Positions 24,590 to 36,330 of a stretch of DNA of 64,000 nucleotides are shown here, piece after piece. The notes under the pieces were generated by a model that did not search any database, was not told the origin of the DNA, and saw only the letters and a list, made by a program, of their open reading frames with translations. Origin of the DNA: Heptranchias perlo (lineage: Eukaryota); contig NC_090332.1 of NCBI RefSeq assembly GCF_035084215.1, positions 38,874,001 to 38,938,000 of the forward strand, in the 5' to 3' direction. How positions within the stretch are numbered: the stretch's first letter is position 1; each line of letters begins with the position of its first letter. The position numbers and the translations under genes are program-made.

Positions 24590-27445
24590 ATGGCAGTGCC
24601 TGCGAGACAGCGTGCATCTAGGTTCTCGGTCAATGCACTAGAGGCCTTGGTGCAAGGGATGGACTCATGGAGGGCATCCTTTATCTGCAGAGGGACAAGA
24701 GGCCCTTCAGACATGTGCTGAAGAGGCAGTGGGAGGAAGTCGTGCACAAAGTAAATGCCAGGAGCATCGCACCACGCACATGGATGCGGTGCAGGAAGAT
24801 GTTCAGTGATTTGACCTGAGTGGTGAGTTCAACTGTCAAGTGGCATATCCTACCAACTGCACCACGAGCCTCATCGACTGCTCCACGCACGACACCCCCC
24901 ATCACCTACCTACCAACAAACCTTTTCCATCAGTATGCAACTCTTCAAATCAGATGCTGCATCTCACCCTCACATAGTAGCAATCTTGCAAGCCGCACAC
25001 CCACAACTCACAGATCACGCACACTGGCGGCTATTCAACCATAGCAGCCACATCACCCAAACATCCTGCAGGACACTCATTGACACATGTCCCTCTTTCA
25101 TAAGAACATAAGAACATAAGAAATAGGAGCAGGAGTAGGCCAATCGGCCCCTCGAGCCTGCTCCGCCATTCAATAAGATCATGGCTGATCTGATCCTAAC
25201 CTCAAATCTAAAGAACACAAGAAGTAGGAGCAGGACCCGGCCACTCAGCCCCTGAGCCCGCTCCGCCACCCACAGGGCCTTGACCGATCCGAACTCAGCT
25301 TCATGTCCAATTTCCTGCCCGCTCCCCGTAACCCCTAATTCCCTTTACTTCTAGGAGACTGTCTATTTCTGTTTTAAATTTATTTAATGATGTAGCTTCC
25401 ACAGCTTCCTGGGGCAGCAAATTCCACAGACCTACTACCCTCTGAGTGAAGAAGTTTCTCCTCATCTCAGTTTTGAAAGAGCTGCCCCTTATTCTAAGAT
25501 TATGCCCCCTAGTTCTAGTTTCACCCATCCTTGGGAACATCCTTACCGCATCCACCCGATCAAGCCCCTTCACAATCTTATATGTTTCAATAAGATCGCC
25601 TCTCATTCTTCTGAACTCCAATGAGTAGAGTCCCAATCTACTTAACCTCTCCTCATATGTCCACCCCCTCATCCCCGGGATTAGCCGAGTGAACCTTCTT
25701 TGTACTGCCTTGAGAGCAAGTATGCCTTTTCTTAAGTATGGACACCAAAACTGTATGCAGTATTCCAGGTGCTGTCTCACCAATACCTTATATAACTGCA
25801 GCAATACCTCCCTGATTTTATATTCTATCCCCCTAGCAATAAAAGCCAACATTCCGTTGGCCTTCTTGATCACCTGCTGCACCTACATACTAACTTTTTG
25901 ATTTTCTTGCACGAGGACCCCCAGATCCCTTTGTACTGCAGTACTTTCCAGTTTCTCGCCATTAAGATAATAACTTGCTCTCTGATTTTTCCTGCCAAAG
26001 TGCATAACCTCACATTTTCCAATATTGTATTGCATCTGCCAAATCGCCGCCCACTCACCCAGCCTGTCTATATCCCCTTGTAGGTTTTTTATGTCCTCCT
26101 CCCTCTCTACTTTCCCTCCCATCTTTGTATCATCTGCAGGAGAAGGTGGCGCACAACAGCAGGCAGCACGAAAGACCTAGGGGAGGGCAGATGCGCCTAC
26201 ACGTCCTTGCCCCCATGGAGGAGACAGTGCTGTCGATCACTGGGCGGGCCGTCGCTGTGGCCGCTGGTGGTGCTGGAGGTATCGGAGAGTCTCTGCATAA
26301 CTATTCCTCCTTCTCGCTTCCCACTTCTCCCTCATCCCACAATCTTTTCTGACTCACGTGCTGCAGATGGTATCACCACACACGTCTTACTTTCTCCTCT
26401 CCTCTCACCACAACTCAACCCGTGTCCCTTTGTCATTTCAGATACCCAAGAACTGAAACTGCCACTGTCAGAGGAGGCAGCGGCATACAACAGTGATGAT
26501 GAAGACACCCCGTCACTCGATCTTACACTCATAGCCACCAATTCAGAGGCTGACACTACATAGCTTAGAGGCTAGGATAGAGGAGGGATCTGCACGTGAT
26601 GAGACACCAGGCACAAGTGTGCAGGAGCTGGGGCGGGGGAACGGATACTACAGGTGCCAGCTAGCCGCAGGGCAAGGTCTCACACTGGTTCTGCTGCAAA
26701 GGAGTCAGATGATGACTTCGATGGGTCAGGCTACAGAAGAAGGCTGATAGGTGTACACAACCAAATGCTTGGTGCACTGGAAAGCCTGCCAGAACGCCTG
26801 CGCACAATGTCAAGGGGCATGGAGGAGTCCAGTTCCAACTTGGCACAGGATTTTGCGCAGAGCTTGGAGCCCATCCTTTCCCACATGGAACGGGTGGTCA
26901 CCTCCATCAGCACACCTGTGGAACCCACCAGAATGCAACGTCTGATGACCAATATTGCAACTTCCATTGCAGCACAAACATCTGCCATCCAAAATCTGAC
27001 TGCTGCGTTACAGGCTCAGACTGCTACTTTTGTGGCTCTGGGCTCCACTGTGGAACGGGGCTTCCAGGGCGTCACAGCAGATCACCAGGATTGCTGAGTC
27101 GCCGCCCGTGGAGAGTGGCAGTGGCGCCATAGAAGATGAACCTATTATCCTCTCTCAGGATGACAGCATTCCTGCTCCCACCCCTACCAGTGCCCTTGCT
27201 GTTACCTGTCAGCCAGCTGGCCCACACTTCTGTAGCCCAGGTGAAGATAGTGTAGTCTGAAACCGGGCCATCTCGGCACAAAGTTGCTCGAGGTCTTCTG
27301 CCAAGGCCATCTGCACTCTCCTCAATTGAAGGTCAGCAATGTTCCACCACCAATGCTCCAGCTACTAGGGATGCACCTCGTAGCAGCACTAGGAAAGGAA
27401 AAGACACACAAACGACAGGCACTAAGGGAATGCACAAGGGTAAAC
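24590..27445 (+). pseudogene. Harbinger C Myb/SANT-like accessory gene, 3 exons, CR1 inserted in intron 1
   Basis: Exon 1 reads MAVPARQRASRFSVNALEALVQG...RTWMRCRKMFSDLT, then GTGAGT. Exon 2 from 26140 reads EKVAHNSRQHERPRGG..LAPMEETVL. Exon 3 from about 26443 includes ORF 26654-27097. Confidence 0.75.
25099..26138 (-). mobile_element. CR1 LINE, 5'-truncated at the RT FADD motif
   Basis: ORFs 25883-26122 and 25301-25882 encode the RT C-terminus. (TTCTTATG)3 tail at 25099-25122. Confidence 0.93.
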
Positions 27446-27499
27446 AGTCTCATGTTGTTTCAATTGTTTCAATCGTCAATTTGGATTTGAATTTGCATT

Positions 27500-28908
27500 T
27501 CATAGAATCATAGAAATTTACGGCACTGAAGGAGGCCATTCAGCCCATCGTGTCTTTGCCGGCCAAAGAAGAGCTATCCAGCCTAATCCCACTTTCCAGC
27601 ACTTGATCCATAGCCTTGTAGATTATGGCACTTCAAATGCATATCCAAGTACTTTTTAATGCGATAAACGTTTCTGCCTCTATCAGCCTTTCAGGCAGTG
27701 AATTCCAGACCCCTACCACTCTCTGGGTGAAAAAAATTCTCCTCAGCTTCCCTCTAATCCTTCGACCAATTACTTTAAATCTATGCCCCCTGGTAACTGA
27801 CCCCTCTGCTAAGGGAAATAGGTCCTCCCTGTCCACTCTATCTAGGCCCCTCATAATTTTATACACCTCAATTAAATCTCCCCTCAGCCTCCTCTGTTCC
27901 AAAGAAAACAACCCCAGCCTATCCAATCTTTCCTGATAGCTAAAGTTCTCCAGTCCTGGCAACATCCTCATAAATCTCCTCTGTACCCTCTCTAGTGCAA
28001 TCACATCTTTCTAGTAATGCAGTGTCCAGGACTGTACGCAACACTCTAGCTTTGGCCTAACTAGTGTTTTATATAGTTCTAGCATAACCTCCTTGCTCTT
28101 ATATTCTATGCCTCGGATAATAAAGGAAAGTATCCCATACGCCTTTTTAACCGCCTTATCTACCTGTCCTGCTACCTTCAGGGATCTGTGAACATGCACT
28201 CCAAGGTCCCTCACTTCCTCTACACCCTCTCAGTATCCTCCCATTTATTGTGTACTCCCTTGCCTTGTTTGCCCTCCCCAAATGCATTACCTCACACTTC
28301 TCCGGATTGAATTCCATTTGCCACTTTCCTGCCCACCTGATCAGTCCATTGATGTCTTCCTGCAGTCTACAGCTTTTCTCCTCACTATCAACCACACAGC
28401 CAATTTTTGTTAATCTGCAAACTTCTTAATCATGCCCCCTACATTTAAGTCTAAGTCATTAATATATACCACAAAAAGCAAGGAACCTAGTACTGAGCCC
28501 TGTGGAACCCCACTGGAAACAGCCTTCCCATCACAAAAACACCCGTCGACCATTACCCTTTGCTTCCTGCCACTGAGCCAATTTTGGATCCAACTTGCCA
28601 CTTTTCCTTGGATCCTATGGGCTTTTACTTTCCTGACCAGTCTGCCATGTGGGACCGTGTCAAAAGCCTTGCTAAAATCTATGCAGACTGCATCAAACGT
28701 GTTACCCTCATTGATCCTCCTTGTCACCTCCTCAAAAAATTCAATCAAGTTAATCAGACATGACCTTCCCTTAACAAATCCATGCTGACTGTCCTTGATT
28801 AATCCGTGCCTTTCTAAATGACAATTAATACTGTCCCTCAGAATCGTTTCCAATAATTTTTCCATCACCGAGGTTAAGCTGAGTGGCCTGTAATTACTCG
28901 GTCTATCC
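27500..28908 (-). mobile_element. CR1 LINE, 5'-truncated (family 2)
   Basis: ORFs 28410-29081, 28156-28395, 28011-28214 and 27633-28004 carry RT motifs ([13 protein letters not shown]). TTCTATGA-type tail at about 27500-27514. Confidence 0.93.
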
Positions 28909-29049
28909 CATTTGATGGTGGTTTTTATTTCTGCGATGAGCTGAGGGAGGAAGCAATGTGTAATCATAAGGAGGACGATTTGATGATCAGATGGGAGAGG
29001 AAAGGTAAGGAGTGTGGGACTGTTAGTGAATGGGGAGGTGTTGTTGACG

Positions 29050-29562
29050 TTATTGGTATCTCTCATTAATAATCTGATCACACAGATTACTGGCAGACTG
29101 GGCCTGTCTACCTTGTTGCCTCCCTGCCATTTCCTGCTGCACTTCCTCCTTCTCCTCCTCCACTTCCTCCTCCGCCTCTTCCTCCTCTTCCTCTGCCTCT
29201 GGCTCAGGTTCTCGCCGGATAGACGGTGGCAAGGGCTGTTACCTCATGATGGCGAGGTTGTGCAGCATGCAGCATACAACAACAAAATCGTGATACCCAC
29301 TCAGCTGAGTACTGCAGGGCTCCTCCAGAGTGGTCGAGGCAGCGGAAGCATTGCTTGAGGATGCCTATGGTGTGCTCGATGATGTTCCCTGTGGCAGCAT
29401 GGCCCTCATTGTACGCCTGCTGTGCGTTCCGAACCGGAGTCATGAGCCACTTCATGAGGGGATTGCCCTGGTCACCCAATAGCCATGCTGGTTGAAATAT
29501 AGGTGGCATGTTGGACTGCCGCAGAATGAAGGAGTCATGACTGCTGGAAGGATAGCGGCATT
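29050..29562 (-). pseudogene. Harbinger C transposase, 3' part
   Basis: RYPSSSHDSFILRQS, WLLGDQGNPL, IEHTIGILKQCFRCLD, CCMLH and a poly-Glu tail. Confidence 0.88.
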
Positions 29563-29770
29563 GATCTATTGGCAAGAGCAGAGAGGCCAGAGAGGGGATA
29601 AAGAGCAGCGGAGAAAAGTATACAAAACGAAAACAAAGAAAGAAAAACAGCTAAAGTGACGTGAGCACAAAGGACGGAACTGATTGGTGAGTAGCTGATT
29701 AGTGAGTCTTTCTTTTTGACTCTTTAGTTTATTTCTGTTAAATTGAGTTAGTAGTCTAATAAATAGAGGC

Positions 29771-30697
29771 ATGGCAGGGCACCTCAGTCTCATCGAATGC
29801 ATATCCTGTGCCATGTGGAAAGTCCAGGAAGCTTCCCGTGTCCTGGACGGCGACAGGTGCAGGAAGTGTTGTCAGCTGGAGGAGCTCGAGCTCTGGGTCT
29901 TGGAGCTTGAGCAGCAGCTGGCGTCACAGCGATGCATCCATGAGGCTGAGAGCTACGTGAATAGCACGTTTCAGGAGGTGGTCCCCCGCAGCTTAAGAAA
30001 GTGCAGGCAGAGAGGGACTGGGTGACTGTCAGACAGACAAGGAGGACCAGGCAGGTAGTTCAGGAGTCCATTGAGGTCATCTCACTCTCTAACCAGCATT
30101 CAGTTCTGAATACTGGTGAGGGAAAGGGTTCCTCCAGGGAGTGCAGCTAGAGCCAAGTCCACAGCACCATGGATGGCTCAGCTGTACAGAGGGGGAGGAG
30201 GAAGGTCAGGAGAGCAATAGTGACAGCGGATTCAATAGTTAGGGGAACAGACAGGTGTTACTGCATCCGCAGACATGATTCCAGGATGGTATGTTGCCTC
30301 CCTGGTGCCGGGGTCAAGGATGTCACTGAGCGTCTGCAGAATATTCTGAAGCGGGAGGGTGAACAGCCAGAGGTCATGGTCCATATTGATCCCAATGACA
30401 TAAGTAGAAAGAGGGATGAGGTCTTGCAGGCAGAGTTTAAGGAGCTAGGAAAGAAATTAATGAGTAGGACCTCAAAGGTAGTAATCTCCGGATTACTCCC
30501 GGTGCCACGTGCTAGCGAGTATGGAAATAGGAGGATAGAGCAAATGAATGCATGGCTGGAGAGATGGTGCAGGGGGGAGGGCTTTAGATTCCTGGGGCGT
30601 TGGGACCGGTTCTGGGGGAAGGTGGGACCTGTACCGGCTGGATGGGTTGCACCTCACCAATATCCTTGCTAGTGCTATTGGGGAGAGTTTAAACTAG
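29771..30697 (+). pseudogene. CR1 ORF1 (CxxC...CxxC zinc finger, leucine zipper, SGNH esterase), frameshifted
   Basis: MAGHLSLIECISCAMW...CRKCCQLEELELWVLELEQQL, then ADSIVRG...CLPGA.V.DV...VMVHIDPND, ending ASAIGESLN* at TTTAAACTAG. Confidence 0.85.
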
Positions 30698-30907
30698 CTT
30701 GGCAGGGGGATGGGAACATGAGCGTAGATTCAGAAGGGAGAGAAGCAGAGATGAAAATGGAAGATAGAAAATTAGAAAGTGAGTTTGGAAGGCAGCTCAA
30801 CATTCTTGGTTACAGGGATTTCAGATGAGATAGAGAGGGGGGTAGAAAAAGAAGGGGAGTGGCAATATTGGTTAAAGAAACAATTACAACGGTGAGGAGG
30901 GTTAATA

Positions 30908-32672
30908 TTTTTTTTTATTCGTTCATGGGATGTGGGCGCCGCTGGCAAGGCCAGCATTTATTGCCCATCCCTAATTGCCCTTGAGAAGGTGGTGGTGAGC
31001 CACCTTCTTGAACCGCTGCAGTCCGTGTGTTGAAGGCTCTCCCACAGTGCTGATAGGTAGGGAGTTCCAGGATTTTGACCCAGTGACGATGAAGGAACAG
31101 CGATATATTTTCAAGTCGGGATGGTGTGTGACTTGGAGGGGAACGTGCAGGTGGTGTTGTTTCCATGTGCCTGCTGCCCTTGTCCTTCTAGGTGGTAGAG
31201 GTCGCGGGTTTGGGAGGTGCTGTCGAAGATGCCTTGGCGAGTTGCTGCAGTGCATCCTGTGGATGGTACACACTGCAGCCACAGTGCGCTGGTGGTGGAG
31301 AGAGTGAATGTTTAGGGTGGTGGATGGGGTGCCAATCAAGCGGGCTGTTTTGTCCTGGTTGGTGTCGAGCTTCTTGAGTGTTGTTGGAGCTGCACTCATT
31401 CGGCAAGTGGAGAGTATTCCATCACACTCCTGACTTGTGCCTTGTAGATGGTGGAAAGACTTTGGGGAATCAGGAGGTGAGTCACTCGCCGCAGAATACC
31501 CAGCCTCTGACCTGCTCTTGTAGCCACTGGATTTATGTGGCTGGTCAAGTTAAGTTTCTGGTCAACGGTGACCCCCCAGGATGTTGCTGGTGTGGGATTC
31601 GGCAATGGTAATGCCGTTGAATATCAAGGGAAGATGGTTAGATTCTCTCTTGTTGGAGATGGTCATTGCCTGGCACTTGTCTGGCGCGAATGTTACTTGC
31701 CACTTATCAGCCCAAGCCTGGATGTTGTCCAGGTCTTGCTGTATGCGGGCAAGGACTGCTTCATTATCTGAAGGGTTGTGAATGGAACTGAACATTGTGC
31801 AATCTTCAATGAATAGCTCCACTTCTGACCTTATGATGGAGGGAAGGTCATTGATGAAGCAGCTGAAGATGGTTGGGCTAGGACACTCCCCTGAGGAACT
31901 CCTGCAGCAATTTCCTGGGGCTGAGATGATTGGCCTCCAACAACCACTACCATCATCTTTTGTGCTAGGTATGACTCCAGCCACTGGAGAGTTTTCTCCC
32001 TGATTCCCATTGACTTCAATTTTACTGGGGCTCCTTGGTCCCAAACTCGGTCAAATGCTGCTTTGATGTCAAGGGCAGTCGCTCTCACCTCACCTCCGGA
32101 ATTCAGCTCTTTTGTCCATGTTTGGACCAAGGCTGTAATGAGGTCTGGAGCCAAGTGGTCCTGGCGGAACCCAAACTGAGCATCGGTGAGCAGGTTATTG
32201 GTGAGTAAGTGCCGCTTGATAGCACTGTCGACTAAACCTTCCATCACTTTGCTGATGATTGAGAGTAGACTGATGGGGTGGTAATTGGCCGGATTGGATT
32301 TGTCCTGCTTTTTGTGGACAGGACATTCCTGGGCAATTTTCCACATTGTCGGGTAGATGCCAGTGTTGTAGCTGTACTGCAACAATTTGGCTAGAGGTGC
32401 ACCTCGTTCTGGAGCGCAAGTCTTCAGCACTACAGCCGGGATGTTGTCGGGGCCCATAGCCTTTGTTGTATCCAGTGCACTCAGCCATTTCTTGATATCA
32501 CGTGGAGTGAATCGAATTGGCTGAAGACTGGATTCTGTGATGGTGGGGATATCGGGAGGAGGCCGAGATGGATCATCCACTCGGCACTTCTGGCTGAAGA
32601 TGGTTGCAAACGCTTCAGCCTTTTCTTTTGCACGTGCTGGACTCTGCTATCATTGAGGATGGGGATGTTTAC
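30908..32672 (-). mobile_element. CR1/L2-group LINE of a distinct family (ORF2 ends ...FKKVAHHHLLKGN*), 5'-truncated
   Basis: ORFs 31831-32580, 31562-32044, 31396-31605 and 30971-31399 give KAMGPDNIP, NY.PISLLS, LDIKAAFDRVW and GVPQGSVL, with an A-rich 3' tail. It interrupts the host CR1 endonuclease region. Confidence 0.9.
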
Positions 32673-33253
32673 ATGTTGTATGTTCGAAGGCTCAACAAAT
32701 GAGGACATATGGGTTGAGTTAAAGAACGAAAAAGGGGCAATCACACTGCTGCGAGTGTACTGTCGACCCCCTAACATTCAGAGGGAGATAGAAGAACAAA
32801 TATGTAGGCAAATTTCTAAGAAGTGCTGAAGCAATAGGGCAGTATTAGTGGATTTCAACTACCCTAATATTAACTGGGATACAAGCGGTGTAAAATATAT
32901 AGAGGGCGCAGAATTCTTAAACTGCATTCTGGAGAACTTTTTTAGCCAGTACATGGCAAGCCCAATAAGATTGGGTGGGGGGGGGTACGTTCTGGACTTA
33001 GTTTTAGGGAATGAAGCTGGGCAGATGGAAGGAGTATCAGTGGGAGAGCATTTTGGTGATAGTGATCATAATTCAGTTAGATTTAGCATAGTTATGGAAA
33101 GGGACAAAGAAGGAACAGGAGGTAAAGTTTTCAATTGGGGAAAGGCCAATTTTACTAAGCTGAGAAGCGATTTAGCAAAAGTGGACTGGAAACAGCTACT
33201 TGAAGGTAAATTAGTGTCAGAGCATGGCATGGAAGGCATTCAAAGGAGAGCTT

Positions 33254-34081
33254 GGGCTCAATTTTAGGAGGCGAATGCAGGTGCGTTGGGGGCGGGGGGG
33301 CTCCGAAAATCGCTGAAATCCTGTTCGGGTTCGGAAGCCGGCTCCAACCTACCAACTTCTGAGTTTCCCAGGGTCCCACCAGTGTGCGCATGGACGACCC
33401 GAAGAAAGAAGTCCCGCCGGCAATTAACGTCGGTGGGATGACAGTTAAAGAGTCAAATGGACCTCATTGAGGGTATTTAAGGCACTTTACCTGTGACAGA
33501 TGAAGGGATTAGAAAGATTTTCACTTACCTGGGCGGCTTGCCCATCGCTTCTGATTTCACCAGACGTGAAGGGCCGGATCAGAGAACAAGAAACTAAATA
33601 AATTAAATAAAAAACCATAGACGGAAGTGAAAACACAAAATGAACCTACCTTTGCACCTGGCTCCGATGTCCAATATCTCCTTCTCCGATGTTCCCTCTT
33701 CACCACCCCCTCCCAATGTCCTCCCGATCTTCCCGTCACCCTCCGATCTTCCCCTCTTCCCCACCCCAGTCTTCCAGTCCAGCGCCAGATCTTCCACTCT
33801 CCACCGCCCCCCCCCCCCACCCCGGTCTACCAGTTCAGCACCGGATGATGTCTCACTCTCTCTCTTTCTTGTCCCCTCCCACCTCGCATTGCAGCTCCTG
33901 ATGGCAGCCAGCCTGTTAATCAGGCTGGCTGCTGGGTGCGAAAGCTGGAGTGGACGTTAATCATCAGCGATCAACGTGCGATCGGGTCGGAAACGGTAAG
34001 TTTTGTTCATGCGGGTTTGCCACGTGCAACTTCACCCCCCGCCCCCCGCTGCCAACCCGCCGCCATTGTAAAATCACCCCC
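33254..34081. mobile_element. Non-autonomous Harbinger (MITE) related to element B
   Basis: TIR-like ends GGGCTCAATTTTA and TAAAATCACCCCC with CTT/ATT flanks. Subterminal sequence resembles both ends of Harbinger B. It interrupts CR1 ORF2. Confidence 0.75.
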
Positions 34082-35615
34082 ATTGTGAGGGTTCAGAACA
34101 AACATGTCCCCACAAAGAAAAAGGGTGGGACTGCCAAATCAAGAGCCCCCTGGATGACAAGGAGTATGCAGGGTAGGATACAACAAAAAAGGAAGCTTAC
34201 GTCAGATACTGAGAGCTCAATACTGTAGAAAGCCTAGAGGAGTTTAGAAAGTGCAGGGATGAAATTAAAAAGGAAATTAGGAAAGCAAAGAGGGGGCATG
34301 AAAAGATATTGGCAAGTAAATTAAAGGAAAACCCAAAGATGTTTTATAAATACATAAAGAGCAAGAGAATAATTAAGGAACGAGTAGGGCCTAATAGAGA
34401 CCAAAGAGGTAACCTATGTGTGGAGGCGGAAGACATGGGTATTGTTCTTAATGGATACTTTGCGTCTGTGTTCACAAAAGAGGGGCACAATGCAGAGATT
34501 GTACTTAAGGAGGAGGAGTGTGAAATATTGGATGGGATAAACATAGTGAGAGAGGAAGTATTAAGAGGTTTAGAATCTTTGAAAGTAGGTAAATTGCCAG
34601 GCCCGGATGAAATATAACCCAGGCTATTAAGAGAAGCAAGGGAGGAAATAGCAGAGACTCTCATTTATCATTTTCCAATCCTTCCTGGTGACAGGCATGG
34701 TGCCAAAGGATTGGAGGACTGCTAACGTTGTACTGTTGTTTAAAAAGTGAGAGAGATAGACCGAGTAATTATAGACCAGTCAGTCTAACCTCGGTGGTGG
34801 GCAAATTATTTGAATCAATTCTGAGGGACAGCATAAATCATCATTTAGAAAGGCACGGGTTAATCAAGGACAGTCAGCGTGGATGGTCGCGTCTGACTAA
34901 CTTGATTGAATTTTTTGAGGAGGTAACAAGGAAGGTTGATGAAGGTAACACGTTTGATTTTAGCAAGGCTTTTGACAAGGTCCCACATGGCAAACTGGTC
35001 AAAAAAGTAAAAGCCCATGGGATCCAAGGGAATGTGGCAAGTTGGATCCAAAATTGGCTCAGTGGCAAGAAACAAAGGGTAATGGTTGACAGGTGTTTTT
35101 GCGACTGGAAGGCTGTTTCCAGTGGGGTCCCGCAAGGCTCAGTATTAGGTTCCTTGCTTTTTGTGGCATATATTAATGATTTGGACTTGAATGTAGGAGG
35201 TTGATCATGAAGTTTGCAGATGATACAAAAATTGTCCATGTGGTTGATAATGAAGAGGAAAGCTGTAGACTGCAGGAAGATATCAATGGACTGATCAGGT
35301 GGGCAGAAAAGTGGCAAATGGAATTCAATCCAGAGAAGTGTGAGGTAATGGATTTGAGGAGGGTAAACAAGGCAAATGATTACATAGTAAATGGGAGGAT
35401 ACTGAGAGGTGTAGAGGAACAGAGGACCTTGGAGTCCATGTCCACAGATCCCTGAAGTAGCAGGACAGTAGATAAGCTGATTAAAAAGGCATATGGGATA
35501 CTTTCCTTTATTAACCAGGGCATGGAATGATGTGGAGATGCTGGTGATGGACTGGGGTTGACAATTGTAAACAATTTTACAACACCAAGTTATAGTCCAG
35601 CAATTTTATTTTAAA

Positions 35616-35654
35616 TTCACAAGCTTTCGGAGGCTTCCTCCTTCCTCAGGTGAA
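35616..35654 (-). ncRNA. Minimal type I hammerhead ribozyme (PLE-associated)
   Basis: Reverse complement is identical to 7066-7104. Confidence 0.8.
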
Positions 35655-35880
35655 CGAAATGAAATCCTTGAAATGAAATCGCATTTATAATTCACAGAAC
35701 AATGCTTGGTGATTACAGACAGTTTTTTCAACTGCCCGTTGCCAAGGCAATCAGTGTGCAGACAGACAGGTGTTACCTGCAAGGTCTCAGAATATACAAA
35801 TCACCAAAAAAAAAAATAATAAACAAAAAAAACAGATAGAGAGGTAGAAACATAGAAAAGACAGCAACTGACCCGTTATA

Positions 35881-36330
35881 TTAAAAACAGATAACATTTG
35901 TTCGCTGGTGGGGTAACGTGTAGCGTGACATGAACCCAAGATCCCGGTTGAGGCCGTCCTCATGGGTGCGGAACTTGGCTATCAATTTCTGCTTGACGAT
36001 TTTGCGTTGTCGTGTGTCTCGAAGGCCGCCTTGGAGTACGCTTACCCGAAGGTCGGTGGATGAATGTCCATGACTGCTGAAGTGTTCCCCGACTGGGAGG
36101 GAACCCTCCTGTTTGGCGATTGTTGCGCGGTGTCCGTTCATCCGTTGTCGCAGCGTCTGCATGGTCTCGCCAATGTACCATGCTCTGGGGCATCCTTTCC
36201 TGCAACGTATGAGGTAGACAACATTGGCCGAGTCACAGGAGTATGAACCATGCACCTGGTGGGTGGTGTCCTCTCGTGTGATGGTGGTATCTGTGTCGAT
36301 GATCTGGCATGTCTTGCAGAGGTTACCGTG
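35881..36330 (-). CDS. Penelope GIY-YIG endonuclease domain (partial, C-terminal end of the PLE ORF)
   Basis: HGSYSCDSANVVYLIRCRKGCPRAWYIGETMQTLRQRMNGHR...VGEHF...H...GLNRD, the PLE-type VVY...YIG motif with Cys/His residues. Confidence 0.9.
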   Translation of the reverse strand, partial: HGNLCKTCQIIDTDTTITREDTTHQVHGSYSCDSANVVYLIRCRKGCPRAWYIGETMQTLRQRMNGHRATIAKQEGSLPVGEHFSSHGHSSTDLRVSVLQGGLRDTRQRKIVKQKLIAKFRTHEDGLNRDLGFMSRYTLPHQRTNVICF

